From a virus (Duplodnaviria > Heunggongvirae > Uroviricota > Caudoviricetes): DNA of 7,662 nt. The position numbers and the translations under genes were made by a program. Location: the IMG/VR virus record IMGVR_UViG_3300028952_000024, positions 1 to 7,662 of that record; one strand, 5' to 3'. This document shows positions 1-7,662 of the stretch, piece after piece. Each line of letters starts with the position of its first letter. Position 1 is the stretch's first letter. The notes beneath the pieces were generated by a model. That model searched no databases, was not told where the DNA came from, and was given only the letters and a program-made list of their open reading frames with translations.

Positions 1-477
1 TTATCTTACTCGGTAAGCATGTTCCAACACCAATCTAGCTAAATCAGTTTGTTGATTTGATAAATCGACTTCATACGTAAAACATAGTAAAGATAATACT
101 CTTGCAAATTTAACTCGTACTTTTTGCAAAGATTTATAAAAAAGTACTTCATCTGTCGAATTTTGATGCTTATATAATAACATTAAATTTTGACTTAGAG
201 TGTGGATTAAATCTAATATTAAATGTTGCGCTTGCTTGGATTTTATGTCCAATCTTAGTTGCTCTGTTTTATCTTTGATTGATTCTAAGCTTTTGATTAC
301 TGCTTGGGAAACCTCTGAATCGAATGGTGCAGTTAAAACCTTTTTACCTTCAAGATAACTGAAATATTTCTCAAACAGTTTCTTATCCGGATCAGATATA
401 AATGGAATCAACTCTTTAGCTGTGATGCCCGAGATGGATGCGACATTTGCTAAACCACCAATTATTTCTAAAAACAA
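1..477 (-). CDS. hypothetical small protein, 158 aa; tentative HEPN-like fold (C-terminal Rx4HxY motif)
   Basis: Complete ORF on the minus strand. The start is TTG (complement of 475-477), preceded by a canonical AGGAGG Shine-Dalgarno (complement of 484-489) with a 6-nt spacer; the stop is the complement of 1-3. Very AT-rich coding sequence compared with neighbouring genes. The last residues ...LARLVLEHAYRVR contain R148-x4-H153-x-Y155 (encoded at 13-36). No homology search was possible. Confidence 0.6.
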   Translation of the reverse strand: MFLEIIGGLANVASISGITAKELIPFISDPDKKLFEKYFSYLEGKKVLTAPFDSEVSQAVIKSLESIKDKTEQLRLDIKSKQAQHLILDLIHTLSQNLMLLYKHQNSTDEVLFYKSLQKVRVKFARVLSLLCFTYEVDLSNQQTDLARLVLEHAYRVR

Positions 478-910
478 TTTCGGCCTCCTAGTGATAATTT
501 AGATAATTAGACTATTTTTTAACTACTAAGTCTCGAAAAGTAGAAGTGTCCATTTGAGTTAGGATGTTATAGATAATACTACGATCGTTTGGGATGCACT
601 ACTACCAGATTTGCTACATTACGTAAATTTAGCTATCTAGATAAAACGGCTATAATCACTCAGTAATAATTTCAATACTAAACATCCCTATGTTGCCCGA
701 CCAGATTGTGTTTATCACAATTCTTGGTATTAGGCTTTATTCCATTCATGAGTAAACGTCCGCTCCTGGCACATAGCAGTCCTAGAGACACTGGCGTAAA
801 GCCATGGAGGATCGGTGGGAGGAGACGCTAATCCTTTCATACAAAAAATATGTAAAATCAATAACGGCTGTAAATCATTCAATACTCGCCCTATCGGAAG
901 TTCACCAGCC

Positions 911-970
911 AACCGCAGCACGTTCTTGCATACGACGTGGCTGCGGTTTCAACTCCCGCCAGCTCCACCA
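911..970 (+). repeat. att-like repeat A: hairpin arm plus a core resembling the 3' end of the tmRNA gene ssrA
   Basis: Positions 943-970 (GCGGTTTCAACTCCCGCCAGCTCCACCA) match the recalled E. coli ssrA 3' terminus (T-arm, acceptor 3' strand, CCA) with one or two mismatches. Sequence upstream of 943 shows no tmRNA features, so this is a partial copy and not a gene. Positions 913-946 form a 10-bp stem with one bulge and a 13-nt loop. About 45 bp of the arm recurs at 5082-5126. Confidence 0.5.
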
Positions 971-1097
971 ATCATGATTGGACGGTGTAAGGACAACACC
1001 AACAAAAACAGGAAGTTAGCAGTCTCAGCAGGACACCGACCAGACGGTGAGGAGACAAAAAAGGATACGCAAAGGAGCCGCGGCTCTCGAGTGACAC

Positions 1098-1128
1098 AAA
1101 AGCCCGCTTATGCGGGCTTTTTGTTTTT
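1098..1128 (+). terminator. Rho-independent terminator
   Basis: GC-rich stem AGCCCGC (1101-1107) and GCGGGCT (1112-1118) around a TTAT loop, extended by A:T pairs and followed by a T-tract (TTTTGTTTTT, 1119-1128). Confidence 0.7.
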
Positions 1129-1198
1129 CCCTTAAGTTCCTAGCCGCTTATCTATAACTATGGAAAAATGTTAACCCTGACTGTATGTTAACAAAGGG

Positions 1199-2413
1199 AT
1201 GTATATGTCGGTTTTTCATAACTGGCTGCTTGATATCGCAAGCGGGAATTACTTTATCTACATCAAACGCCTTTCTGCAAACGACACAGGCGCAACAGGT
1301 GGCCATCAGGTCGGACTTTATATCCCCTCAAATATCGTTGAAAAGCTTTTTCCATCTATCAATCATACTCGCGAACTGAACCCTTCAGTCTTCCTTACTG
1401 CGCATGTATCATCCCATGATTGCCCTGATACCCAAGCACGCGCAATTTATTACAACAACCGTTATTTTGGTAAGACCCGAAACGAAAAAAGAATTACGCG
1501 CTGGGGGAGAGGAAGTCCATTACAGAACCCTGAAAATACAGGAGCCCTCACAATTCTTGCTTTCAGGTTAAACGAACAGAACACTGACTGTTCCGAGGTA
1601 GATATATGGGTCTGCGTCAATCCCGATGAAGAGGATATCATCGAGTCTGCTATTGGCGAAATCATACCTGGAACCCTAATTTCCGGCCCTGCCGGACAAA
1701 TTTTGGGCGGATTGTCTCTTCAGCAAACTCCAGTAAATCATAAATATGTTATTCCTGAAGACTGGAAGAAGCGTTTTCCTTCTGGAAACGAAATTATTCA
1801 ATATGCTGCTGGCCATTATGCTAAAAACTCCAAGGATCCAGATGAGCAACTGATTGACCGTCGGCGTGTCGAGTATGATATTTTTCTACTCGTCGAGGAA
1901 TTACATGTTCTTGATATTATTAAGAAAGGATTCGATTCTGTAGATGAGTTTATTGCATTAGCCAACTCTGTCAGTAATCGACGTAAATCAAGGGCAGGCA
2001 AATCACTTGAACTTCACCTAGAGAAGCTTTTTATCGAGCACGGACTACGGCATTTCTCCACTCAGGCAGTTACTGAAGGTAATAAAAAACCAGATTTCCT
2101 GTTTCCTTCAGCAGAGGCATATCATAACGTTGAATTTCCTGTAGAAAACTTACGTATGCTGGCAGTAAAGACCACCTGCAAAGATCGCTGGCGTCAGATA
2201 CTGAATGAAGCAGATAAAATCCATCAGGTACATTTATTTACACTGCAAGAAGGTGTTTCTTCAGCACAATACCGAGAAATGAAAGATGCGGGTGTCAGAC
2301 TCGTTGTACCATCAACTTTACATAAAAAATACCCAGAAGCAGTTAGAGAAGAATTAATAACGCTCGGAGCATTCATTACTGAGCTGATAGAGCTTTACGC
2401 TGAACTATCATAG
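1199..2413 (+). CDS. ecoRIIR: type IIE restriction endonuclease, EcoRII family (CCWGG)
   Basis: 404-aa ORF, the length I recall for R.EcoRII. The N-terminal effector-domain sequence (SVFHNWLL...YIKRLSANDTGATGGHQVGLYIP) matches my recollection of EcoRII. The C-terminal half carries a PD-(D/E)XK-type signature (KKPDFLFP ... LAVKTTCKDRW). AAGGG lies immediately upstream of the ATG at 1199; a second in-frame ATG at 1205 is an alternative start. It is convergent with a Dcm-like methyltransferase. Percent identity was not computed. Confidence 0.9.
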   Translation: MYMSVFHNWLLDIASGNYFIYIKRLSANDTGATGGHQVGLYIPSNIVEKLFPSINHTRELNPSVFLTAHVSSHDCPDTQARAIYYNNRYFGKTRNEKRITRWGRGSPLQNPENTGALTILAFRLNEQNTDCSEVDIWVCVNPDEEDIIESAIGEIIPGTLISGPAGQILGGLSLQQTPVNHKYVIPEDWKKRFPSGNEIIQYAAGHYAKNSKDPDEQLIDRRRVEYDIFLLVEELHVLDIIKKGFDSVDEFIALANSVSNRRKSRAGKSLELHLEKLFIEHGLRHFSTQAVTEGNKKPDFLFPSAEAYHNVEFPVENLRMLAVKTTCKDRWRQILNEADKIHQVHLFTLQEGVSSAQYREMKDAGVRLVVPSTLHKKYPEAVREELITLGAFITELIELYAELS

Positions 2414-2418
2414 GCTGA

Positions 2419-2441
2419 CTCCCGGCTTAAAAGGCCGGGAG
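2419..2441. terminator. hairpin between convergent R and M genes (probable bidirectional terminator)
   Basis: The 34-bp gap between the stop codons (2413 and 2448) contains a stem of about 9 bp, CTCCCGGCT (2419-2427) pairing with GGCCGGGAG (2433-2441), around a 5-nt loop. There is no strong U-tract on either side, so function is inferred from position. Confidence 0.5.
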
Positions 2442-2447
2442 ATGTTC

Positions 2448-3881
2448 TCAAGGCTGCCCAGTCTTACCAGCATCAGCAGAAACAGCTTTGAGGATATAGG
2501 GTTCCAGAAGTCTGGCAACAGCTTCAAATACTGGCACCACAACTGAGTTACCGAACTGCCGATATGACTGAGTATCTGAAACCGGAATACGGAATGGTTT
2601 CCCTCCAGGTTTTTCAAATCCCATAAGGCGTGCGCACTCTCGGGGAGTCAGCCTGCGTGGTCGACGAGCCTGATTACTCTCATTCATAAAGTCAGCCTCT
2701 CCCGTTGCCATATCCCAACCACGATCAATAAGAATTTCTGATCCATCTTTGTGATATCTGGCAGAAAGTGTGCGTGCAATGCTTTCCTTATTCTCAGGAT
2801 TGACCAACCCAAAGCCAAAACCATTCCCCTTGGCTGCATGCTTTTTGGCGTAGTTATAAAGGTACTCCCATAGTTTTGGCGTAAGTATATATTTACTGTC
2901 GACTACAGGCTCCAGCAATTCACCAAATGATGGGCGGTGTTCCGGATAAAAACGACTGATATCACGCAAGGTAAACCCCTTGTGAATATTCAGATCTCGT
3001 CTAAATCCGACCAGAACAATGCGTTCACGATGCTGAGGCAAAAAATGCTTCCCATCGATAATCTTTGGATCGTTTTTTCCCATTTCTGCAGCATCGGCAA
3101 CTTCGTAGCCCAGCTCGTCAAGGGTCTCCATAATGACTTTGAAAGTTTTACCCTTATCATGGCTCTTCAGATTTTTGACATTTTCCAGCACAAAAATTGC
3201 CGGTTTTTTTGCTCGTATAATACGTGCCACGTCAAAAAAAAGTGTTCCTTGTGCTTCACATTCAAAACCATGCGCACGACCAAGTGAGTTTTTCTTACTA
3301 ACACCAGCAAGGCTAAATGGCTGGCACGGGAACCCCGCAAGAAGCACATCATGATCCGGCACATGCTCATCAATATATGCATAAGCATCCGTTTCCAATA
3401 CATCGGTTTTATCACTCAGCGTGACTTCCCGAATATCGAGATTGAATTTATGCACCTGTTCATCGTTAAACCAGTTGGCCTTGTATGTACGCACAGCATC
3501 TTTATTCCATTCACTGGTAAAAACACACTGGCCTCCAATGGCCTCAAAACCTTTCCGTATCCCTCCAATTCCAGCAAATAAGTCAATGAAGCGGAAAGCA
3601 TATTCCGGATGGTTTGCAGGTGGTTCTGGTAGCATCTTACGCAGAAGAGACTCTTCTACTGAAGTCAACGATTTTGGTAAACACTTGCCATTAATCCAGC
3701 GGTTAATGGTTTCACGGCTCCACTCATTTTTTCCGACTTTTCTCAGTAATTCAGCCACATACTTCTGATCATAGATTTCCAGCACTTTCTCGATAAGCTT
3801 TTTATCATTTTCCTGTCGCAGCTTTTCTTCCGCCTCGGCTTCCTTCAGCAGATGCTGTGCCAACACTTCAAATTCAGACAT
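2448..3881 (-). CDS. ecoRIIM: DNA (cytosine-5)-methyltransferase, EcoRII/Dcm family (CCWGG)
   Basis: 477 aa from the ATG that is the complement of 3879-3881, with GGAGG (complement of 3886-3890) 4 nt upstream. C5-methyltransferase motifs are all present: FAGIGG (motif I), FPCQPFS (catalytic Cys, motif IV), ENVKNL (motif VI), [23 protein letters not shown] (motif X). The N-terminus MSEFEVLAQ...LRQENDKKL...[21 protein letters not shown] matches my recollection of M.EcoRII and differs from chromosomal Dcm. Confidence 0.92.
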   Translation of the reverse strand: MSEFEVLAQHLLKEAEAEEKLRQENDKKLIEKVLEIYDQKYVAELLRKVGKNEWSRETINRWINGKCLPKSLTSVEESLLRKMLPEPPANHPEYAFRFIDLFAGIGGIRKGFEAIGGQCVFTSEWNKDAVRTYKANWFNDEQVHKFNLDIREVTLSDKTDVLETDAYAYIDEHVPDHDVLLAGFPCQPFSLAGVSKKNSLGRAHGFECEAQGTLFFDVARIIRAKKPAIFVLENVKNLKSHDKGKTFKVIMETLDELGYEVADAAEMGKNDPKIIDGKHFLPQHRERIVLVGFRRDLNIHKGFTLRDISRFYPEHRPSFGELLEPVVDSKYILTPKLWEYLYNYAKKHAAKGNGFGFGLVNPENKESIARTLSARYHKDGSEILIDRGWDMATGEADFMNESNQARRPRRLTPRECARLMGFEKPGGKPFRIPVSDTQSYRQFGNSVVVPVFEAVARLLEPYILKAVSADAGKTGQP

Positions 3882-4242
3882 AATTCCTCCAAGGGGTCTA
3901 ATGGGTGAAACTTTATCACTCATTCAACCCAGAAGGAAATGTTTTATCTGGATATTTAAACAGTGACTACAACGTAATCTAGCACTGGTGATGCTTTGTT
4001 AGGCATAGAGAATCATTCTATATACGGCTAATGACAGAAAAACAGCAGACAAGTAGTTTGTTCATAAATTAACGCATACTATGTGTCTACGGTTTTCGAG
4101 ACCGGTCCAATCATCAAACGAAACATAAAATTAGCTCACATTATGAGGAAAAGTATCTTTTTTGTACTATGTAAATTCAAAGGCTTAGCCTCATTTCTCC
4201 GATGGTTTTCTCAACACTACTGGTTGTGAGCCCTTGCAATGA

Positions 4243-5061
<819 letters not shown>

Positions 5062-5081
5062 GTCTTTAAGTGATAAGCATA

Positions 5082-5137
5082 AACCGCAGCACGATCTTCT
5101 TGCATACGACGTGCTACGGTTTCATTTATCTCCGACC
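5082..5137 (+). repeat. repeat B: degenerate copy of the repeat A arm, hairpin-forming
   Basis: Positions 5082-5126 align with 911-951 (AACCGCAGCACG..TTGCATACGACGTG..CGGTTTCA) with a 3-bp indel and a few mismatches; the ssrA-like core is not conserved beyond GGTTTCA. Stem 5084-5093 with 5110-5119 (9 bp plus one mismatch) and a 16-nt loop. It sits between the convergent GIY-YIG and invertase genes and overlaps the last codons of the invertase. Confidence 0.45.
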
Positions 5138-5676
5138 GGAAACTTCTTATACAGTGTCGATATACCAACATCATAGATGATCGCCACCTTCTGGCGAGGA
5201 ACGCCTGATGCAATTAATCGCCCGGCCTGCGCCCATTGTTCTGGTGTAAGTTTGGGACGACGTCCCCCAATTCGTCCCTGTGCGCGAGCAGCTTCCAGTC
5301 CAGCTTTTGTTCGTTCAACAATCAGTTCTCGTTCCATTTCAGCCAGGGCACCCATCACATGAAAGAAAAAACGCCCCATCGGTGTGCTGGTATCAATAGC
5401 ATCCGTCAGGCTGCGAAAATTAACGCCACGTTCGCGCAACTCCTCAACCAGAATGACCAGATGCCGCATACTACGCCCCAGCCGATCCAGCTTCCAGACA
5501 ACCAGAGTGTCACCTGCCGATAATGTCCTGAGCAGCTTTTTCAGTCCTGGTCTGTAGGACTTTGTACCGCTTATCTTGTCTTCAAAAATCAGCTCACATC
5601 CTGCACAGTTCAGCGCATTACGTTGTAGATCGGTATTCTGGTCATTTGTTGATACACGTACATAGCCAATAAGCAT
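5122..5676 (-). CDS. pin: serine-recombinase DNA invertase, Pin/Gin/Hin/Cin family
   Basis: 184 aa from the ATG that is the complement of 5674-5676, with AGGGGG 6 nt upstream. The N-terminus MLIGYVRVSTNDQNTDLQ holds the catalytic serine; conserved LVVWKLDRLGRS, FFHVMGALAEMERELI and GRIGGRRPK follow, then a C-terminal helix-turn-helix (...ISTLYKKFP). It lies immediately beside an inverted-repeat-bounded segment. The longer ORF starting at 5712 is rejected because those codons lie inside the inverted repeat. Confidence 0.93.
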   Translation of the reverse strand: MLIGYVRVSTNDQNTDLQRNALNCAGCELIFEDKISGTKSYRPGLKKLLRTLSAGDTLVVWKLDRLGRSMRHLVILVEELRERGVNFRSLTDAIDTSTPMGRFFFHVMGALAEMERELIVERTKAGLEAARAQGRIGGRRPKLTPEQWAQAGRLIASGVPRQKVAIIYDVGISTLYKKFPVGDK

Positions 5677-5681
5677 GTTAA

Positions 5682-5757
5682 ATCCCCCTGGTAAAAGCAG
5701 GAATGATGCCATTTGCTTGTTATTTCTTCATTTTCATAAACGTTGGTTTGGGAGAAG
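5682..5757. repeat. left inverted repeat of the invertible segment (IR-L)
   Basis: Positions 5682-5757 are the exact reverse complement of 7587-7662 (76 of 76, aligned by eye). Identity stops at 5758 on the inner side; the outer extent is unknown because the partner is cut by the window end. Confidence 0.9.
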
Positions 5758-6119
5758 CGGCAAAACGGGATGTGGGTAACGGGCAAAACCAAATTCCTGA
5801 TATGTCAGCGTGGGAGTGTGGGGGAGATACAACGACGGGATGGAGGCGAAGCCCGGATGGTTATATTGAACAATGGGGGCTAACTGGGGCCACAATAAAT
5901 GAAGTTTTGATTAATTTTCCTATCCCATTTCCGACAGGCGTCATTTCTATTAATGAACATGACCATGCTCCTGTGCCAGGGAAAATGTCAGTATGGCAAT
6001 TCTATCAATTGACTAACTCAAGTGTCATGGCAGATAACCTGGGATCTCTTGATAAAGGAAATCCATCCTTCAATGTTCCAACTGTCGCTGGTTGCCGCTG
6101 GTTTGCCACAGGAAGATAA
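5703..6119 (+). CDS. alternative tail-fibre C-terminal variable cassette, silent in this orientation
   Basis: The reading frame starts inside IR-L and shares the IR-encoded peptide MMPFACYFFIFINVGLGE with the minus-strand fibre, then diverges. An in-frame TAA at 5679-5681 just outside IR-L means no constant region is fused here. Its stop (6117-6119) lies 1 nt before the downstream assembly gene start. Confidence 0.7.
   Translation: MMPFACYFFIFINVGLGEAAKRDVGNGQNQIPDMSAWECGGDTTTGWRRSPDGYIEQWGLTGATINEVLINFPIPFPTGVISINEHDHAPVPGKMSVWQFYQLTNSSVMADNLGSLDKGNPSFNVPTVAGCRWFATGR
5731..5756. other. putative invertase crossover site (gix/hix/pix-like, 12-2-12)
   Basis: TTTTCATAAACG-TT-GGTTTGGGAGAA fits the recalled Gin/Hin-family site pattern (TTnnnnnAAACC-nn-GGTTTnnnAnAA) with an imperfect dyad. 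It lies at the inner edge of IR-L, exactly where the two alternative fibre reading frames diverge. Confidence 0.5.
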
Positions 6120-6120
6120 A

Positions 6121-6561
6121 ATGAGTAAATATCTTTACGATGCTAAAACTAATATGTTTTACCCATTTACTCTGGAAAGTCAGTATAAGAAGTCTGGGTT
6201 ATGGCCTCATAATGGAGTTGAAGTTGATGAGGATATATTTATTAAGTACCTGTCCCCACCTCCAGGGAAAGTGAGAGTTGCGGGTGATGATGGCTATCCT
6301 GCATGGGATGACGTACCGCCGCTAACTCATGAAGAACAACTGTCAGAAGCGGAACGAAAAAAACAGGCACTCATAAATCGAGTTAATGAATATATTAACA
6401 GTAAGCAGTGGCCAGGAAAGGCTGCTATTGGTCGTCTGAAAGGTGAGGAACTGGCGCAATATAATTTATGGCTGGATTATCTTGACGCACTGGAACTGGT
6501 CGATACTTCCAGTGCTCCAGATATTGAATGGCCTACGCCTCCGGCTGTTCAGGCCAGATGA
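6121..6561 (+). CDS. tfa: tail-fibre assembly protein, partner of the silent cassette
   Basis: 146 aa from the ATG at 6121, tightly coupled to the preceding stop. The C-terminal motif LELVDTSSAPDIEWP is typical of Tfa chaperones. Its 3' end overlaps the convergent tfa gene by 29 bp. Confidence 0.8.
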   Translation: MSKYLYDAKTNMFYPFTLESQYKKSGLWPHNGVEVDEDIFIKYLSPPPGKVRVAGDDGYPAWDDVPPLTHEEQLSEAERKKQALINRVNEYINSKQWPGKAAIGRLKGEELAQYNLWLDYLDALELVDTSSAPDIEWPTPPAVQAR

Positions 6562-7126
6562 TATCCGGCGCGGTGCTGGTATCTGTTGCCGTCACCGCGT
6601 CAATGTAATCCAGCACGGCGTTAAGTCGGGTTGTTTCTGCCTGCGTCAGCTTCCGCCCGGCCTGCAATTTCAGTTGAATCAGACTGATGGAAGCCATTGC
6701 AGCATCAATCAGCGACTGGCGCTGTGCTTCTGCCGCGTCTACTGAGGCACTATGCTGTGCCTCAGTATCTGTCACCCATTTCTCACCATCCCATTTATCG
6801 TATGGCGTTAACGGTGAAAGCGTGACATAACCGTCTTTGATGGCACCGATATAATCCACTGTAACAGCTGCGCCATTTTCGATTGAGTAAGCAGTCTCAT
6901 TGCGGTGGTCTTCTTCATGGCTCCATCCCTTACCCGTAAATACTGCCACTTTCCCCGGAATGTATTCGCCCGGGTCAATACCAGTGGAACAGGCGGGCAT
7001 ACTTACACCAGTATTAATATATTCATCAGACCAGCCAGTATATTCAGACGTTACTGCATCATAATAAAAACAACGCATATCACCCGGTACTGTAGCCAGC
7101 CCATTTTTATCAAAAACAGGTTTCAT
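6533..7126 (-). CDS. tfa: tail-fibre assembly protein, partner of the expressed cassette
   Basis: 197 aa. The C-terminal motif DTSTAPDIIWPEQP is Tfa-like. Its start codon overlaps the upstream fibre stop by 1 nt (TAATG on the minus strand), implying translational coupling. Confidence 0.85.
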   Translation of the reverse strand: MKPVFDKNGLATVPGDMRCFYYDAVTSEYTGWSDEYINTGVSMPACSTGIDPGEYIPGKVAVFTGKGWSHEEDHRNETAYSIENGAAVTVDYIGAIKDGYVTLSPLTPYDKWDGEKWVTDTEAQHSASVDAAEAQRQSLIDAAMASISLIQLKLQAGRKLTQAETTRLNAVLDYIDAVTATDTSTAPDIIWPEQPEA

Positions 7127-7662
7127 TATTTAGCCCTTACTAAAAAGTTGAATGCAATGTTACGTGGGCGTGTTTCGGTGCCGCCTGGTACATTAAAAGC
7201 CGCAGCGGTGCCACTACCATCATTCTGACTAATACCACTCGTATATATGCCGTTCGCATTACTCTGGAGGGCGAAAACCGTTCTTGTTCCAGTACCAGCA
7301 GAAGGACCGTAGTATTGCAAAGTAAATTGTTTCATCAGGTCAGACTGCGTACTAAGTAATCCACGTCCACTATCTACACCACGACCATCATCCCAGATAC
7401 GAATGAAATCACCGCGGGCTTCAGGTAATACCAGCGAAGGAAACACTTTCGCCAGCACAGGGTAATCAGTGGCAGAGAATTTCGCGCCGTTGAACTTCAA
7501 AAACACCATACCGGACCAGCTGTCGATTACAGTATTTGGCATTGCAGCGGACGGCCAGAAGAACGGAACGCCAATAGCTGGAGCACCTTCTCCCAAACCA
7601 ACGTTTATGAAAATGAAGAAATAACAAGCAAATGGCATCATTCCTGCTTTTACCAGGGGGAT
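7126..7662 (-). CDS. tail-fibre protein, C-terminal variable part (5'-partial; gene continues beyond the window)
   Basis: The frame is open from the window edge through IR-R (...IPLVKAGMMPFACYFFIFINVGLGE) into a region with the classic tail-fibre C-terminal signature (GVPFFWPSAAMP...FNGAKFSATDYP...LPEARGDFIRIWDDGRGVDSGRGLLSTQSD...RPRNIAFNFLVRAK). The stop is the complement of 7126-7128. Confidence 0.85.
   Translation of the reverse strand: MPLVKAGMMPFACYFFIFINVGLGEGAPAIGVPFFWPSAAMPNTVIDSWSGMVFLKFNGAKFSATDYPVLAKVFPSLVLPEARGDFIRIWDDGRGVDSGRGLLSTQSDLMKQFTLQYYGPSAGTGTRTVFALQSNANGIYTSGISQNDGSGTAAAFNVPGGTETRPRNIAFNFLVRAK
7587..7662. repeat. right inverted repeat of the invertible segment (IR-R), truncated by the window end
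   Basis: Reverse complement of 5682-5757. The repeat may continue beyond position 7662. Confidence 0.9.
7588..7613. other. putative invertase crossover site, inverted partner
   Basis: Reverse-complement partner of 5731-5756, inside IR-R. Confidence 0.5.

Larger units (their letters stand above)
5682..7662. mobile_element. invertible tail-fibre host-range segment (G/P/C-segment type), including its flanking inverted repeats
   Basis: Inverted repeats of at least 76 bp flank about 1.83 kb that holds two oppositely oriented cassettes, each a fibre C-terminal region plus a tail-fibre assembly gene. A serine invertase gene sits directly outside IR-L. Confidence 0.8.

Noticed and set aside
600-970. 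A complete tmRNA (ssrA) gene ending at the CCA at 968-970
   Set aside because: Only the last ~26-28 nt resemble ssrA. Upstream there is no tmRNA 5' acceptor strand, no tag-peptide reading frame and no pseudoknot-like sequence, so this is a partial att-type copy.
730-1135. ORFs 730-921 (minus, 63 aa) and 815-1135 (plus, 106 aa)
   Set aside because: Both run across the att-like repeat and the terminator, have no ribosome-binding site and no recognisable motif, and are most likely non-coding.
1185-2001. ORFs 1185-1379 (plus), 1462-1665 (minus) and 1816-2001 (minus) overlapping the restriction gene
   Set aside because: Out-of-frame or antisense shadows inside a confidently identified endonuclease gene.
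2408-3768. Six ORFs overlapping the methyltransferase gene (2408-2617 minus; 2937-3287, 3133-3354, 3351-3581 and 3421-3768 plus; 3167-3415 and 3416-3601 minus)
   Set aside because: All lie antisense or out of frame within a methyltransferase gene that has every conserved motif intact; they have no start signals of their own.
3882-3923. 14-codon N-terminal extension of the methyltransferase (start at 3923)
   Set aside because: The ATG at 3881 has a GGAGG Shine-Dalgarno at correct spacing and gives the 477-aa length expected for M.EcoRII; the extension would start upstream of that ribosome-binding site.
5177-5792. ORFs 5177-5362 and 5236-5523 (plus) inside the invertase gene, ORF 5610-5792 (minus), and the 12-codon invertase extension to 5712
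   Set aside because: Antisense or out-of-frame shadows. The extension would start inside the inverted repeat, whereas the conserved invertase N-terminus MLIGYVRVS begins at 5676 with its own ribosome-binding site.
6022-6120. Longer start at 6022 for the plus-strand tail-fibre assembly gene
   Set aside because: It would overlap the upstream fibre cassette by 98 bp in another frame. The ATG at 6121 sits 1 nt after the fibre stop, the usual coupled arrangement.
6443-7228. ORFs 6443-6745 and 6905-7228 on the plus strand
   Set aside because: Antisense to the minus-strand tail-fibre assembly and fibre genes, which carry recognisable family motifs; no independent support.

Overview
This 7.66 kb window reads as accessory, horizontally acquired DNA of an enterobacterial (E. 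coli-like) genome, most likely the cargo end of a prophage-like element. No database search was possible; all calls rest on motifs read from the ORF translations, on repeats aligned by eye, and on recalled family signatures. From left to right: (1) a small AT-rich ORF (1-477, minus) with a strong Shine-Dalgarno, a TTG start and a C-terminal Rx4HxY motif that hints at a HEPN-like RNase; (2) a hairpin-containing repeat (911-970) whose last ~26 nt resemble the 3' end of the tmRNA gene ssrA, i.e. an att-type remnant, followed by an intrinsic terminator; (3) a complete EcoRII-family (CCWGG) restriction-modification pair, with the endonuclease (1199-2413, plus) and the Dcm-like C5-cytosine methyltransferase (2448-3881, minus) convergent on a shared hairpin; (4) an orphan GIY-YIG nuclease-domain protein (4288-5061, plus) with an uncharacterised C-terminal half, which is my best candidate for an undescribed function; (5) a degenerate second copy of the repeat (5082-5137); (6) a Pin/Gin/Hin-family serine DNA invertase (5122-5676, minus) next to an invertible tail-fibre segment bounded by perfect inverted repeats of at least 76 bp (5682-5757 and 7587-7662, the latter cut by the window end). 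The segment carries two alternative tail-fibre C-terminal cassettes and two tail-fibre assembly genes; in this orientation the minus-strand set is expressed. No rRNA, intact tRNA or CRISPR array is visible.
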